From assembly GCA_963790805.1 (NCBI GenBank), contig CAWBPL010000002.1:1084860-1148859 (forward strand): 64,000 nucleotides of DNA, written 5' to 3'. The notes below the pieces were generated by a model. It made no database searches and was not told the DNA's origin. It saw only the letters and a list, made by a program, of their open reading frames with translations. This DNA is from Candidatus Gottesmanbacteria bacterium. Lineage in GTDB: Bacteria; Patescibacteriota; Microgenomatia; UBA10105; UBA927. The position numbers and the translations under genes were made by a program. Position 1 is the first letter of the stretch. Every line of letters starts with the position of its first letter. Shown piece after piece: positions 17,765 to 26,820 of this stretch.

Positions 17765-20535
17765 TCACCCCAAAGAGTATATTGAGTTGTTTTTCCACCA
17801 CAGCCCTAGGAGTAGCATACTGTTTTCTAGTATTGGCAATAACAAAGTCCCTGACTTTATCGGATCCTTTAATGTTAGGGGAACGGTTTCACCGGAAAAA
17901 GCATCTTCTGAATCTTCATTGGTAACTTTCATAAAGAAGTGATGTGGCGGAAGATTAACTATCTCTCCCTTTTCTACTTCCGGTTCCATAAAGGGAAGGA
18001 TTACTGCTTCGTCATCCGGTCCGTTTTTCAAACTGATGATTGTTCCGGAATTCCCCAAGACCACCTTGGCAGTTTTAACATCCTCGATTTGGGCAACATT
18101 CTGATGGGAAGGAATGATAAAGACATGGAATTTCCGGGCTTCCGAAAAAATATCAGCAAAATGAGCATTGGCAAAGTTTTGGAACTCATCAATATAGAGG
18201 AAAAAGTCTTTTCTTTTATTTTCCGGTATTTGGGCTCTTTGATACGCAGCCATCTGGATAAGGGAAATAATCAAGCGTACCAAAAAATCCGGAACGTTCT
18301 TCTCCTAAGTTTCCTTTGGACAGATTAACCAAAAGAACTTTACCCTCATCCATAACGTCCGAAAATTTAATAGTACTTTCTGCCTGGAGGAGAATATGTC
18401 GGGACAAGGGAGAGGTAATAAACTCACCCAGTTTGTTGGTTAAGAGGTGAAATCATATCTGCTTTTTGCATATGGCCAAACATTTTGAATTCATCAGCCC
18501 AGAACTGCTTTAAGACCGGATCTTTAAGTGTTGCGGTTACACTCTGCCGATAGCCGTATTAGTTAGTAATTTTTGGATAGTCATAAGCGTTGGAGACTCG
18601 GTCATAAGTGCCGTCATTGTTGCATTTCGTAAAATATGCTCCATCCGCTGTCCCCAATTAGCCTTTGGAGTGATTTTCATAAATACGGAAATAACGGATC
18701 CGGTAATCCAGTCGGCTTTCTCTTCCTCATCAACAAATGTTCCTCCGGGATTAAGGATATTTAACCCCACCGGCCAGAGTTTGTCTGTTGGATCGAGATA
18801 AATGACATCCTTTTTCCTTATTTCGGAATGACGCTCAAGAGTTCTTTAATCATGTCTCCATGTGGGTCGATAACTGCTACTCCTTTACCGGATAAAATAT
18901 CCTGATAGGCCATCTGTTTAATGATGGTGGTCTTTCCCATACCGGTTTTTCCGACAATGTAGGTATGTTCATGACGTTGTACTTGGGTTAACCCGACCGG
19001 TGTTTCTTCGCCTCCATAGTTGTTTTTTCCTACCACCACATCTAGTTTGGTGGTATCGCGTTTGAGTGATAACGGGGCTGGAAGATCTCTGACTTTTACT
19101 CTTAACCAGCCCCTCAGTTTTGGTGGTGTCCATATACGGAAAATGAAAAAGATCTGATAATTCCGATGCGGAAAGAATCGGATTAGGATGCATGAAATTT
19201 GTGATAACGTCCGTGTTTTAAATGACTGTAAACCTGATTGTATGTTGGGAGCAAACAAGCCGTGTTTTGTAACCAGCGATTGATATGAACTGCTAAGTTG
19301 ACCGAAAGCAGCCAGAAGTCCGTTAAGGCGGAGATTTACTTCATCACCATTATCTGCAACCACCAGAATCCGAATGGATGTTTCAAACAACGTTTGATCA
19401 ATCTTTCCTTTAACAATCGTGGAAAGTTCCTGTTCATACGGGTTTAAAATCTGTTGAGGTTTACTTTTGGAGTTGTATCAATCATTCGAGGAGTTTTTGA
19501 ACTCTCATTGGCAACAGTGACAATCATTTCCATGACAAAGGAAAATAGTCCCCAAACGACAATCCACACAATTCTGATAACCATCCAAAATATTGAAATA
19601 ACCGGCAGAGAAACAACTTTTTGCAGGAAATCTTTTTGTAAGACCGGCGTTAATGGTTCACCTTTAACCATTCTTCCCTCTCAATAGTCTGCATTTCTTT
19701 AAGATCCTTTTTATGTGTTGAAGATAACAGCGGTGTGGTAACCACCTGAAAAGAAATGAGTTCATCGGAGGCAAGTTTCGTCATGTTACCTGTAAGATAT
19801 GAGATGGGGTCGTGTTCTTTTAAGGCTGTTTGTGTTTCCAGAGGTAATGCGAAATGGCCGGAGAGTTTAAATTCTTCTAACCCCAGACATTTTGTATTAT
19901 CTTCTTTGTGTTTCAAATATGGATCGAGATAGTCATTCACTACCCGAATACGAATGCCCGGAAGATATGACCGTAAATTGTATTGAATGGTTTCAATGAC
20001 ATTGGGATCTGCAGCCAGCAGGTATCTGATGCCTTCATTTCTGGTAGAAACAATTTCCAATGAATAACCGTTTTTCCTAAGTAATATTTTATCCCAAAAG
20101 TTTTTTTGACGGGAAAGAGTGTGCAAAAGACGATATAGCTCTTCGGTCGCATAGGCGGATTTTGTGGTATCGGAAGGAAACGTCAGTTCCAGAAATATTT
20201 TTGGAGGAACTTTGTGAAATCTTCCAATCCCATATCTGATACCTGCAAATACCAGGGAAACGAGTTGTATTAGCACATACCCAAAAAGACACACTACAGC
20301 CAGCATTATCAAGGGATAAAAGTTAATTAAAAGCAGCAAACCCAAAGGCGAGAGTTTTACACTTGAAAGAAATGCAGCGTTGGGACTAGCTAGAAAATTG
20401 TATATACCGAGTTTTTCACTGATAGGGATAACAGGCAGACTTAAAATGATACCTAAAAGCAGTGTGCTCAAGAACTGGTAGAGTATGGTTTTGAATCTGG
20501 TGAAGAAGCTGGAGTTGTTCTGCAGTTGGTGTCAT
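17765..20535 (-). pseudogene. type IV secretion coupling protein (TraD/VirD4-like ATPase), multiply frameshifted
   Basis: Five or more consecutive minus-strand ORF fragments in different frames. These include an N-terminal TM part (19650-20471), Walker A GKTGMGKTT plus IDPHGD (18818-19390), and a Walker B-like LYIDEFQNFA (17765-18283). Confidence 0.65.
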
Positions 20536-20713
20536 ATTCGCCCTCCATTCTTTCGGAAACATTGAGGAGACTGCACCAGCTCACTAAAGAGAAGAATTAT
20601 TGCATTGTGACGAATAATTTGCCCTGCCATACCCAGTATATTTTAGGCAGGATAAAAATATATCGAAGTATATCACAAACGTGTTATATATTCGTTTTTC
20701 GCCTAATTCCCTC

Positions 20714-20741
20714 TTGACAACTATTAACATATTGATATAAA
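20714..20741 (+). promoter_or_regulatory. sigma70-like promoter of the recombinase operon
   Basis: TTGACA (20714-20719), 16-nt spacer ending in TGa, then TATAAA (20736-20741). This is an extended -10. Confidence 0.55.
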
Positions 20742-20759
20742 CTATTAATATATTAATAG
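20742..20759. promoter_or_regulatory. 18-bp perfect palindrome, candidate operator
   Basis: CTATTAATATATTAATAG starts immediately after the -10. An extra CTATTAA half-site lies in the spacer (20721-20727). Confidence 0.5.
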
Positions 20760-20771
20760 AAGATATACCGT

Positions 20772-21137
20772 ATGCAAACTGTAGAAGTAACGCCATTTAA
20801 TCAAGAGTACCAATCTTTAGAAGTATGGAAGCATTCAATCGATCCTAAAATATCCCATCGAATAATTTCGTCATATTTACCCCCTGAAAATAACGTTTTT
20901 CGCTCGAAATCTTTAGGAAACTCGCTAAATGATATATTTCCACAACCAACAGAAGAAACAAAATTACAAAAGGCTAAAAGAGTATTGGGTGAGGTAGTAA
21001 AAGACCAAACAGATGAACAGTTACAAACTTTTATAACTGAGGCACAGTATTTGATTGATAGTTGGCTTGATGATTACGAGAGACAGTTATTTGACGGTTT
21101 AACTCTCAAACAAGTTTTGAAAGGAACATCAAAATGA
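20772..21137 (+). CDS. hypothetical protein, translationally coupled to the recombinase (possible directionality/accessory factor)
   Basis: 121 codons. Stop overlaps the recombinase ATG (ATGA at 21134). Confidence 0.5.
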   Translation: MQTVEVTPFNQEYQSLEVWKHSIDPKISHRIISSYLPPENNVFRSKSLGNSLNDIFPQPTEETKLQKAKRVLGEVVKDQTDEQLQTFITEAQYLIDSWLDDYERQLFDGLTLKQVLKGTSK

Positions 21138-22693
21138 ATAATCAATCAGGTTTTGGAACTAAAGAATTTAAAAAGGCAGTTGCGTACCTTCGTGTTTCCA
21201 CGGAAGAACAAGTTGAAAATTACTCTTTGGATAATCAGGAAAAAGACTGTAAAAGAGAGGCGGAACGACGGGGCATAGAAATTATCAAGATTTTTAGAGA
21301 AGAAGGACGATCTGCTAAAAATATTGTCGGCAGACCCATCCTTATTGAAATGCTTGAGTTCTGTCGAAAAAACAGAAAAGACATTGACGCTCTTATTGTT
21401 TACCGGATAGATCGTTTAACTCGTCAAACGGCAGATTATTTAGCGATCCGAAAAAAACTTGTAGAATACGAAATATCGTTAATCTCCACTTCTGAGCCAA
21501 CAGGAAATAGTCCGACAGAAAAATTTGTTGAGACAATGCTTGCCGGGTTTGCTCAAATGGATAATGATGTCAGAAGTGAACGAAGTAAAAATGGCCTTCG
21601 AGCAAGATTTTTATCCGGTCTTCTTACTGGACCAGCACCATTAGGTTACCTATGTCAAAACGGATATGTCATTAAAGATCCAAAAACTTGGGACAGAGTA
21701 CAGGCTGCTTGGGAACTGATGGCCACCGGAACAAAAACATTACGAGAAATAGCGGCCATCATGAACGAACAGGGGTTACGGGAATTTCACCATGGAAAAG
21801 AATTTCTTCTGAGGCACCAAACGGCCAACAGAATTTTTAATAATAAATTTTATACCGGCATCGTCAGATCAAAAAAATATGATTTGGAGGTGCAGGGTCA
21901 GCATCCGGCGATGATTACCGAAGCACAATACTACCGTGTTCAGGCAATCCTAGACGGCAGAAACACCAATATTAATGTGCCACTCGCAAGAAGAAATAGA
22001 GATAATCCGGATTTTCCATTACGAAGGATTGTCAAATGCCAGAGATGTGGTACATCATTTACCGGAGCATGGAGCAAAGGTAAACATGCGCGTTATGCCT
22101 ACTATTTTTGTAAACATCGATGCAGCAAGGGCTCAAATGTATCAGTGGCGGATTTGGAGGGTGAGATGACAAAGCTTTTAAAAAATATCACAGTAAAACC
22201 GGAAACGCTAGAACTACTCATCACTTTTTTAAGAAAAACGTACTACCAGAGGATAACCACATTACAAAAACGGAAAGATGAGGCTGATATTGAGCTCAAA
22301 AAATGTTATGAACTCCGTCAGGCACTTATTCAAAAGAATTTATCTGGGGTATATTCCGACGAGGTATTCAAAGAGCAAAACAAATTTTTGGAGGACAAGA
22401 TTAAAGATATTCAGGTTACCAAGGATGACGCTTTAATCAACAAATACAATTTAGAAGCGATTACCAAATTTATCAAAGAAAAGTTCGAAAACCTGGCTAA
22501 AACTTACATGGAATCCAACCTTGAACAGAAACGCGTGCTCCTGTGTTCGACTATGCCTCTTGGAGCAGTCTGGACCTATCCTGGTCTATCGAACACAAAG
22601 ATTAGCCCGTATTATCAAGCTATTCTCGACTTAGAATCATCGAGAGGCTCATTTAGTGCCGAGAGTGGGACTCGAACCCACACGGTCTTATAA
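21134..22693 (+). CDS. large serine recombinase
   Basis: Resolvase catalytic region AVAYLRVSTEEQ...YRIDRLTR, a recombinase domain, a Cys-rich zinc ribbon (CQRCGTSF...YYFCKHRC) and a coiled-coil-like C-terminus. The last 12 codons are antisense to the tRNA-Leu 3' end. Confidence 0.85.
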   Translation: MNNQSGFGTKEFKKAVAYLRVSTEEQVENYSLDNQEKDCKREAERRGIEIIKIFREEGRSAKNIVGRPILIEMLEFCRKNRKDIDALIVYRIDRLTRQTADYLAIRKKLVEYEISLISTSEPTGNSPTEKFVETMLAGFAQMDNDVRSERSKNGLRARFLSGLLTGPAPLGYLCQNGYVIKDPKTWDRVQAAWELMATGTKTLREIAAIMNEQGLREFHHGKEFLLRHQTANRIFNNKFYTGIVRSKKYDLEVQGQHPAMITEAQYYRVQAILDGRNTNINVPLARRNRDNPDFPLRRIVKCQRCGTSFTGAWSKGKHARYAYYFCKHRCSKGSNVSVADLEGEMTKLLKNITVKPETLELLITFLRKTYYQRITTLQKRKDEADIELKKCYELRQALIQKNLSGVYSDEVFKEQNKFLEDKIKDIQVTKDDALINKYNLEAITKFIKEKFENLAKTYMESNLEQKRVLLCSTMPLGAVWTYPGLSNTKISPYYQAILDLESSRGSFSAESGTRTHTVL

Positions 22694-22742
22694 GGACCAC
22701 AGGATTTTAAGTCCTGCGCGTATACCATTTCGCCACCCCGGC
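22657..22742 (-). tRNA. tRNA-Leu (TAA), type II with a long variable arm
   Basis: Acceptor GCCGGGG/TCTCGGC (two G-U pairs), anticodon loop CTTAAAA, long variable arm, T-loop TTCGAGT. Confidence 0.85.
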
Positions 22743-22968
22743 AATACACATTTATTATAGTCCTGTTATCCTGAGGTACTCCGAAGGGCACCCCGGCATG
22801 CGTATCCAACTATTCTATCACCGAAATCGCGTATACTCCCGCTTTGCGGGACTAAGCGATAGTAACACTCGAAGACTCGTTAACTATCGCTTGAGCATTT
22901 CGCCACCCCGGCAATACACATTTATTATAATCCTGTTATCCTGAGGTACTCCGAAGGGCACCCCGGCA
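22726..22968. repeat. 73-bp direct repeat (two copies, 170-bp period) holding the tRNA-Leu 5' end plus its upstream region
   Basis: 22726-22798 versus 22896-22968 differ at one position (22760 g / 22930 a). CACCCCGGCA occurs at both ends of each copy. Confidence 0.9.
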
Positions 22969-23098
22969 ACGGGGACAATAGTATTGTACAGCGGGATATA
23001 TTTTTTTCCAAGATTGCGAGGGCAATTTAGATTCAAAAACTTGACAACAATTATATGGTATGCATCAATGTTTATAGAAGTAATTATTATGCTTTTAC

Positions 23099-24559
23099 AT
23101 GAAGAAATCCGTAGCGATTAATACATCAACAATTACTGAATTTCCTGAGCTTCTTGAGATTCCAGAACCCAAGTCGAAGTTACATAGTATCAAGGTGAAT
23201 GGGGTAGCTACCATATCATCCCAAATTACTGAAAACGGATTTCAGGTAAAGATCAATAATAAAATTATCCGGCTAAAATATCCTCCTTCCATCTGGAACA
23301 GATTTCCCAAAACACATAAAAAAATACTCATGCAAAATGTTTCATTTGCACTTACGTTTCAAATGCCCTACCTCTACAGCACATTAAAACGGATGGTCTA
23401 CAATATGCCCGTTCCCCTCTCCGAAGCGTTTTTCTTTAAAGGATTGTCGTTGGCGCTACCTTCTACCGCCATTATGCAATCGCAGAAAGACAATCGCATC
23501 ACCTCAAATCTCCTGCGCCGTCTTTTTGATGTGGAGTATGTCTTCGGTTCTCATAAAGCGGATATTCCGCCGTATAACCGCGTGAGTATGTCCGATCGTG
23601 CGATTATGCCATTTACCTTCGGGAAAGACAGTCTTCTCACCTATTCTCTCGCTCAGGAATTGGGAATACGCGTGTATCCCGTCTATATTTCCGAGCCGTA
23701 TTCGCCCTATGAAGAGATGACCAAAAAACTGCTTTCAGAGCCGTTTCGGAAAGAATTTCACTCACAGATTGGATTTATGCGCAATACACTTGGCGTCCTT
23801 CGTGATCCGACGGGCTGGTTTGGCTGGGAATTACAGCTGACGCAATACTCTCTCATGCTTCTTCCGTATGTATATGCAAAACGCGCAGGATATATATTAT
23901 TTTCCAATGAACAAAGCTGCGATGATACCGTTATGGATGAGGACGGATTTCGATGTAATCCGGTATTTGAACAATCGCATAGTTGGTTACTTCAAAACTC
24001 ACTTATGACGAGCGTTATTGGAGGAAACTCACTTTCAATAGGATCGCTTCTCGAGCCTATTCATGAGCTGGCCATTATGAAAATATTGCACCACAGGTAT
24101 CCAAGAATTGCAAAGTTTCAGACATCCTGCGACCTACCGGAAAAACCAAAAAGCGACGGCAGGTGGTGTGAGAATTGCTCCAAATGCGGGCGCATGTATA
24201 TTTTCCTTTTAGCAAACGGCATACAACCGCGAACGGTCGGTTTTAAACACGATTTGATGCGGCAAAAATATCATCATATTTATACGCTTTTCGCATCAGG
24301 CAGAATTAAGGAATTCGGCTATGATGAAAGTGAAGCCGGAAAAAACGAGCAAATACTGGCATTTCTTATGGCGTACAAAAAAGGCATTCGGGGACCCGTG
24401 ATGACATCGTTTGCTCATCGCTATTTAGCGTACGCCAGAAAGCACGAACGGACACTTCGACATACATATTTTGGTATTCATTCAACCAAAACTATTCCTC
24501 AGGATCTCAAACCAAAAGTTCTTCGCATCTTCAGACAGGAATTAGAGAAACTTACATAA
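23099..24559 (+). CDS. uncharacterised PP-loop-like / Cys-cluster protein, paralog A
   Basis: 486 aa. PFTFGKDSLLTY (degenerate SGGKDS-like), SNEQS, LEPIHELAIMKILHHRYP, C-x11-WCENCSKC. Confidence 0.7.
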   Translation: MKKSVAINTSTITEFPELLEIPEPKSKLHSIKVNGVATISSQITENGFQVKINNKIIRLKYPPSIWNRFPKTHKKILMQNVSFALTFQMPYLYSTLKRMVYNMPVPLSEAFFFKGLSLALPSTAIMQSQKDNRITSNLLRRLFDVEYVFGSHKADIPPYNRVSMSDRAIMPFTFGKDSLLTYSLAQELGIRVYPVYISEPYSPYEEMTKKLLSEPFRKEFHSQIGFMRNTLGVLRDPTGWFGWELQLTQYSLMLLPYVYAKRAGYILFSNEQSCDDTVMDEDGFRCNPVFEQSHSWLLQNSLMTSVIGGNSLSIGSLLEPIHELAIMKILHHRYPRIAKFQTSCDLPEKPKSDGRWCENCSKCGRMYIFLLANGIQPRTVGFKHDLMRQKYHHIYTLFASGRIKEFGYDESEAGKNEQILAFLMAYKKGIRGPVMTSFAHRYLAYARKHERTLRHTYFGIHSTKTIPQDLKPKVLRIFRQELEKLT

Positions 24560-25915
24560 GTCTTTCTTCATCTTTGCAAGCTCTCTCTGGTAGAGGGGCA
24601 AAATCTTTTTTTGGAGCTCTTCCGGAATCGTTCGCACCGGATAAAGCTTGAAATACCCGTCAAACAGTTCATGCTTGTGGTTTTCAACATAGCGAAGAAA
24701 CTTCCGCTTAAACAATGTGATGATGTCCCCTTTTACGCCCCGCTTATATGCAAGATAAAAGGAAAGAAGACGCTCCGATTGATATTTGGCAAGCGTGCCG
24801 AGGGGGTGTATTTTCGTACTATTGGGAGGAAATATATCATATAAACTTTTTTTCCCTTTCTTTAACATATCGGTCTCAAATCCCGCTGTTTTGGGATCAA
24901 TGCCGATCGCTTTAAGAAATATATAAATACGGGCACACTCATAACAGTCTTCGCACCAGCGGCGCGTACGTTTCTGTTCGCTGTCGCATGAAAGTTGTAA
25001 TGCGCCGATGTCGGGATACCTGTGATGCAATATATACGTGATCGCAAACTCCTGTAGCGGTTCCAGAATGCTTGCAATTTTTGTATCGGCACCATATTCA
25101 CGGAATACGTTATTCAAGTTAAGCGTCCACGAAGCTCCCTGTTCGTGCGTTGGATTTACCGTAAACCCGTGCTCTTGATACGTTTCATTGGTGCTTTGTT
25201 CGTTGGACCAAAAGAAATATTCAGGCATGTAGTAATAGACGAATGGGAGAAATAGAAACGTATATTGTGTAAGAAGCATATCCCACCCCCACAGAAGGCC
25301 GCCTTTGTCACGAAGTTTTCCTAACGGGACAGGAAAGTTTAAAACAGGCGTTTTACTTGTTTTCGCCAGTTGTTTTCCCAACGTCAGCTTTTTTCGGTTT
25401 TGAATAGGACATGTGGGCTCCTCGATAAATATTGGTATATTTGGAATATGAAGTTCCCTCAGTACCGCGTACGTCAACAGACTGTCTTTGCCAAAACTCA
25501 TGGGGAGAAGAGAAAGATATTTTTTTGGTTTAAACGGCCGTATAGTGACAGTTTTTTTTGGAATACCGGTAAATTTTATCGCGTATTCGCTATTTGTGAG
25601 ATGTTTAAGAAGATAATCCATGGTGAAATGCGCCTGTGGGATTTCACCGATGGAGCTTGGAAGCGACAACAGTAATCCATAAAAATAAAACGAAAGAAGC
25701 GGTGGGGGCGGAAATGCATAATCGATGGCGATCTGTTTTGCAAATGCCATGTGATGCGTAAAAAAATATGATGCTGTATTGGCAAAAGATTCGCGAAGTG
25801 TTTTCGGGAACGAATTCCACGCCGGTTTTGGATATTGAGTAATAATCCGTTTTCCGTTGATATAGGTGATAAATCCATTTCGGTAGGTCTTTGACCGAAC
25901 AATGATTCGTTTCAT
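24542..25915 (-). CDS. uncharacterised PP-loop-like / Cys-cluster protein, paralog B
   Basis: 457 aa, alignable with paralog A over its full length. PMSFGKDSLLTY, SNEQS, LEPLQEFAITYILHHRYP, C-x9-WCEDCYEC. The 3' ends overlap by 18 nt. Confidence 0.7.
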   Translation of the reverse strand: MKRIIVRSKTYRNGFITYINGKRIITQYPKPAWNSFPKTLRESFANTASYFFTHHMAFAKQIAIDYAFPPPPLLSFYFYGLLLSLPSSIGEIPQAHFTMDYLLKHLTNSEYAIKFTGIPKKTVTIRPFKPKKYLSLLPMSFGKDSLLTYAVLRELHIPNIPIFIEEPTCPIQNRKKLTLGKQLAKTSKTPVLNFPVPLGKLRDKGGLLWGWDMLLTQYTFLFLPFVYYYMPEYFFWSNEQSTNETYQEHGFTVNPTHEQGASWTLNLNNVFREYGADTKIASILEPLQEFAITYILHHRYPDIGALQLSCDSEQKRTRRWCEDCYECARIYIFLKAIGIDPKTAGFETDMLKKGKKSLYDIFPPNSTKIHPLGTLAKYQSERLLSFYLAYKRGVKGDIITLFKRKFLRYVENHKHELFDGYFKLYPVRTIPEELQKKILPLYQRELAKMKKDLCKFL

Positions 25916-26010
25916 CGAAACTTTCGTATGTGGGGCAGAAATTTAAAAATGAAGCGCGTTTAATTCATAATAGATACCTATGATATAATTTGCAAGAAGC
26001 GAAAGAGGCA

Positions 26011-26097
26011 GCCCGGATGGCGAAATTGGTAGACGCGCTAGCTTCAGGAGCTAGTGACCTTAAACAAGTCTTGGGAGTTCGAGTCTCCCTCTGGGCA
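26011..26097 (+). tRNA. tRNA-Leu (CAG)
   Basis: Acceptor GCCCGGA/TCTGGGC, anticodon loop TTCAGGA, long variable arm, T-loop TTCGAGT. Confidence 0.9.
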
Positions 26098-26184
26098 CAC
26101 TTTGATAGAAAATATCCCAGTGCAAGCTCAATGGTCATGCGATATAATAAAGATAGCTTGCTCTGATAAGCAAAGCGAAGAAGA

Positions 26185-26266
26185 GCAGACGTGGCGGAAT
26201 TGGTATACGCGTACGCTTGAGGTGCGTATCCCGTGAGGGGTGGAGGTTCAAGTCCTCTCGTCTGCA
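26185..26266 (+). tRNA. tRNA-Leu (GAG)
   Basis: Acceptor GCAGACG/CGTCTGC, anticodon loop TTGAGGT, long variable arm, T-loop TTCAAGT. Confidence 0.9.
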
Positions 26267-26268
26267 CA

Positions 26269-26757
26269 ATGAAATTTAAAGCTAAAAAGCCCACGGCATA
26301 TATACTATGCGGATTTATAGGATCCGGCAAAACAACATTTGCCAAAAAACTGGAGAAGGATACCGGCGCCGTTCGAATTACCAAAGACGAGTGGATGGTA
26401 AAAATTTTCGGAAATACTCCCGTTAAGGATAAGTTTCACGAATACGATGGCAAAGTTACTGTACTATCCAGAGAAATCGCTCTTCAATTTCTTCGACATG
26501 GAGTTGATATAATTCTCGATGAAGGTTTTTGGGTGAAGTCACAAAGAGATGAAATTAAAAAAAGTATAGAAAAAATAGGAGCCTCAGCCGTGCTTTACTA
26601 TGTACAATGCCCCATGGACGTTATGAAAAAGAGAACGTTAGAACGAAGTAGAAATCCCGACAAAAACTCATTTGAAATTAGCGAGAAGATGTTTGACAAC
26701 TATGTTAAATTTTGGGATCCACCACATATTGATGAGAAATACATTTTAGCAGTTTAA
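26269..26757 (+). CDS. P-loop kinase-like ATP-binding protein (AAA_33/zeta-toxin-like fold)
   Basis: Walker A CGFIGSGKTTFA. 162 aa. Start moved to ATG 26269 because the longer ORF overlaps the tRNA. Confidence 0.6.
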   Translation: MKFKAKKPTAYILCGFIGSGKTTFAKKLEKDTGAVRITKDEWMVKIFGNTPVKDKFHEYDGKVTVLSREIALQFLRHGVDIILDEGFWVKSQRDEIKKSIEKIGASAVLYYVQCPMDVMKKRTLERSRNPDKNSFEISEKMFDNYVKFWDPPHIDEKYILAV

Positions 26758-26820
26758 AGGATTGATCCTCGAGGAAAACAATCGATTAAAACGCTTCGTA
26801 ATCGTGAATACCTGTTTAGT

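Larger units (their letters stand above)
16352..22693. mobile_element. decayed integrative conjugative/mobilisable element remnant abutting tRNA-Leu(TAA)
   Basis: Holds DUF2958, replication-relaxation and T4 coupling-protein genes, all frameshifted, plus an intact large serine recombinase. AT-rich. Ends at a tRNA 3' end. Confidence 0.6.

Noticed and set aside
22726-22968. CRISPR-like repeat-spacer arrangement
   Set aside because: There are only two copies of a 73-bp repeat, each containing tRNA sequence. There are no cas genes and no short regular repeats anywhere in the window.
25965-26384. ORFs (139 aa minus strand; 60 aa plus strand; N-terminal extension of the 174-aa ORF) covering 26011-26266
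   Set aside because: They overlap two well-folding tRNA-Leu genes, so they are shadow ORFs. The kinase-like gene was trimmed to start at 26269.
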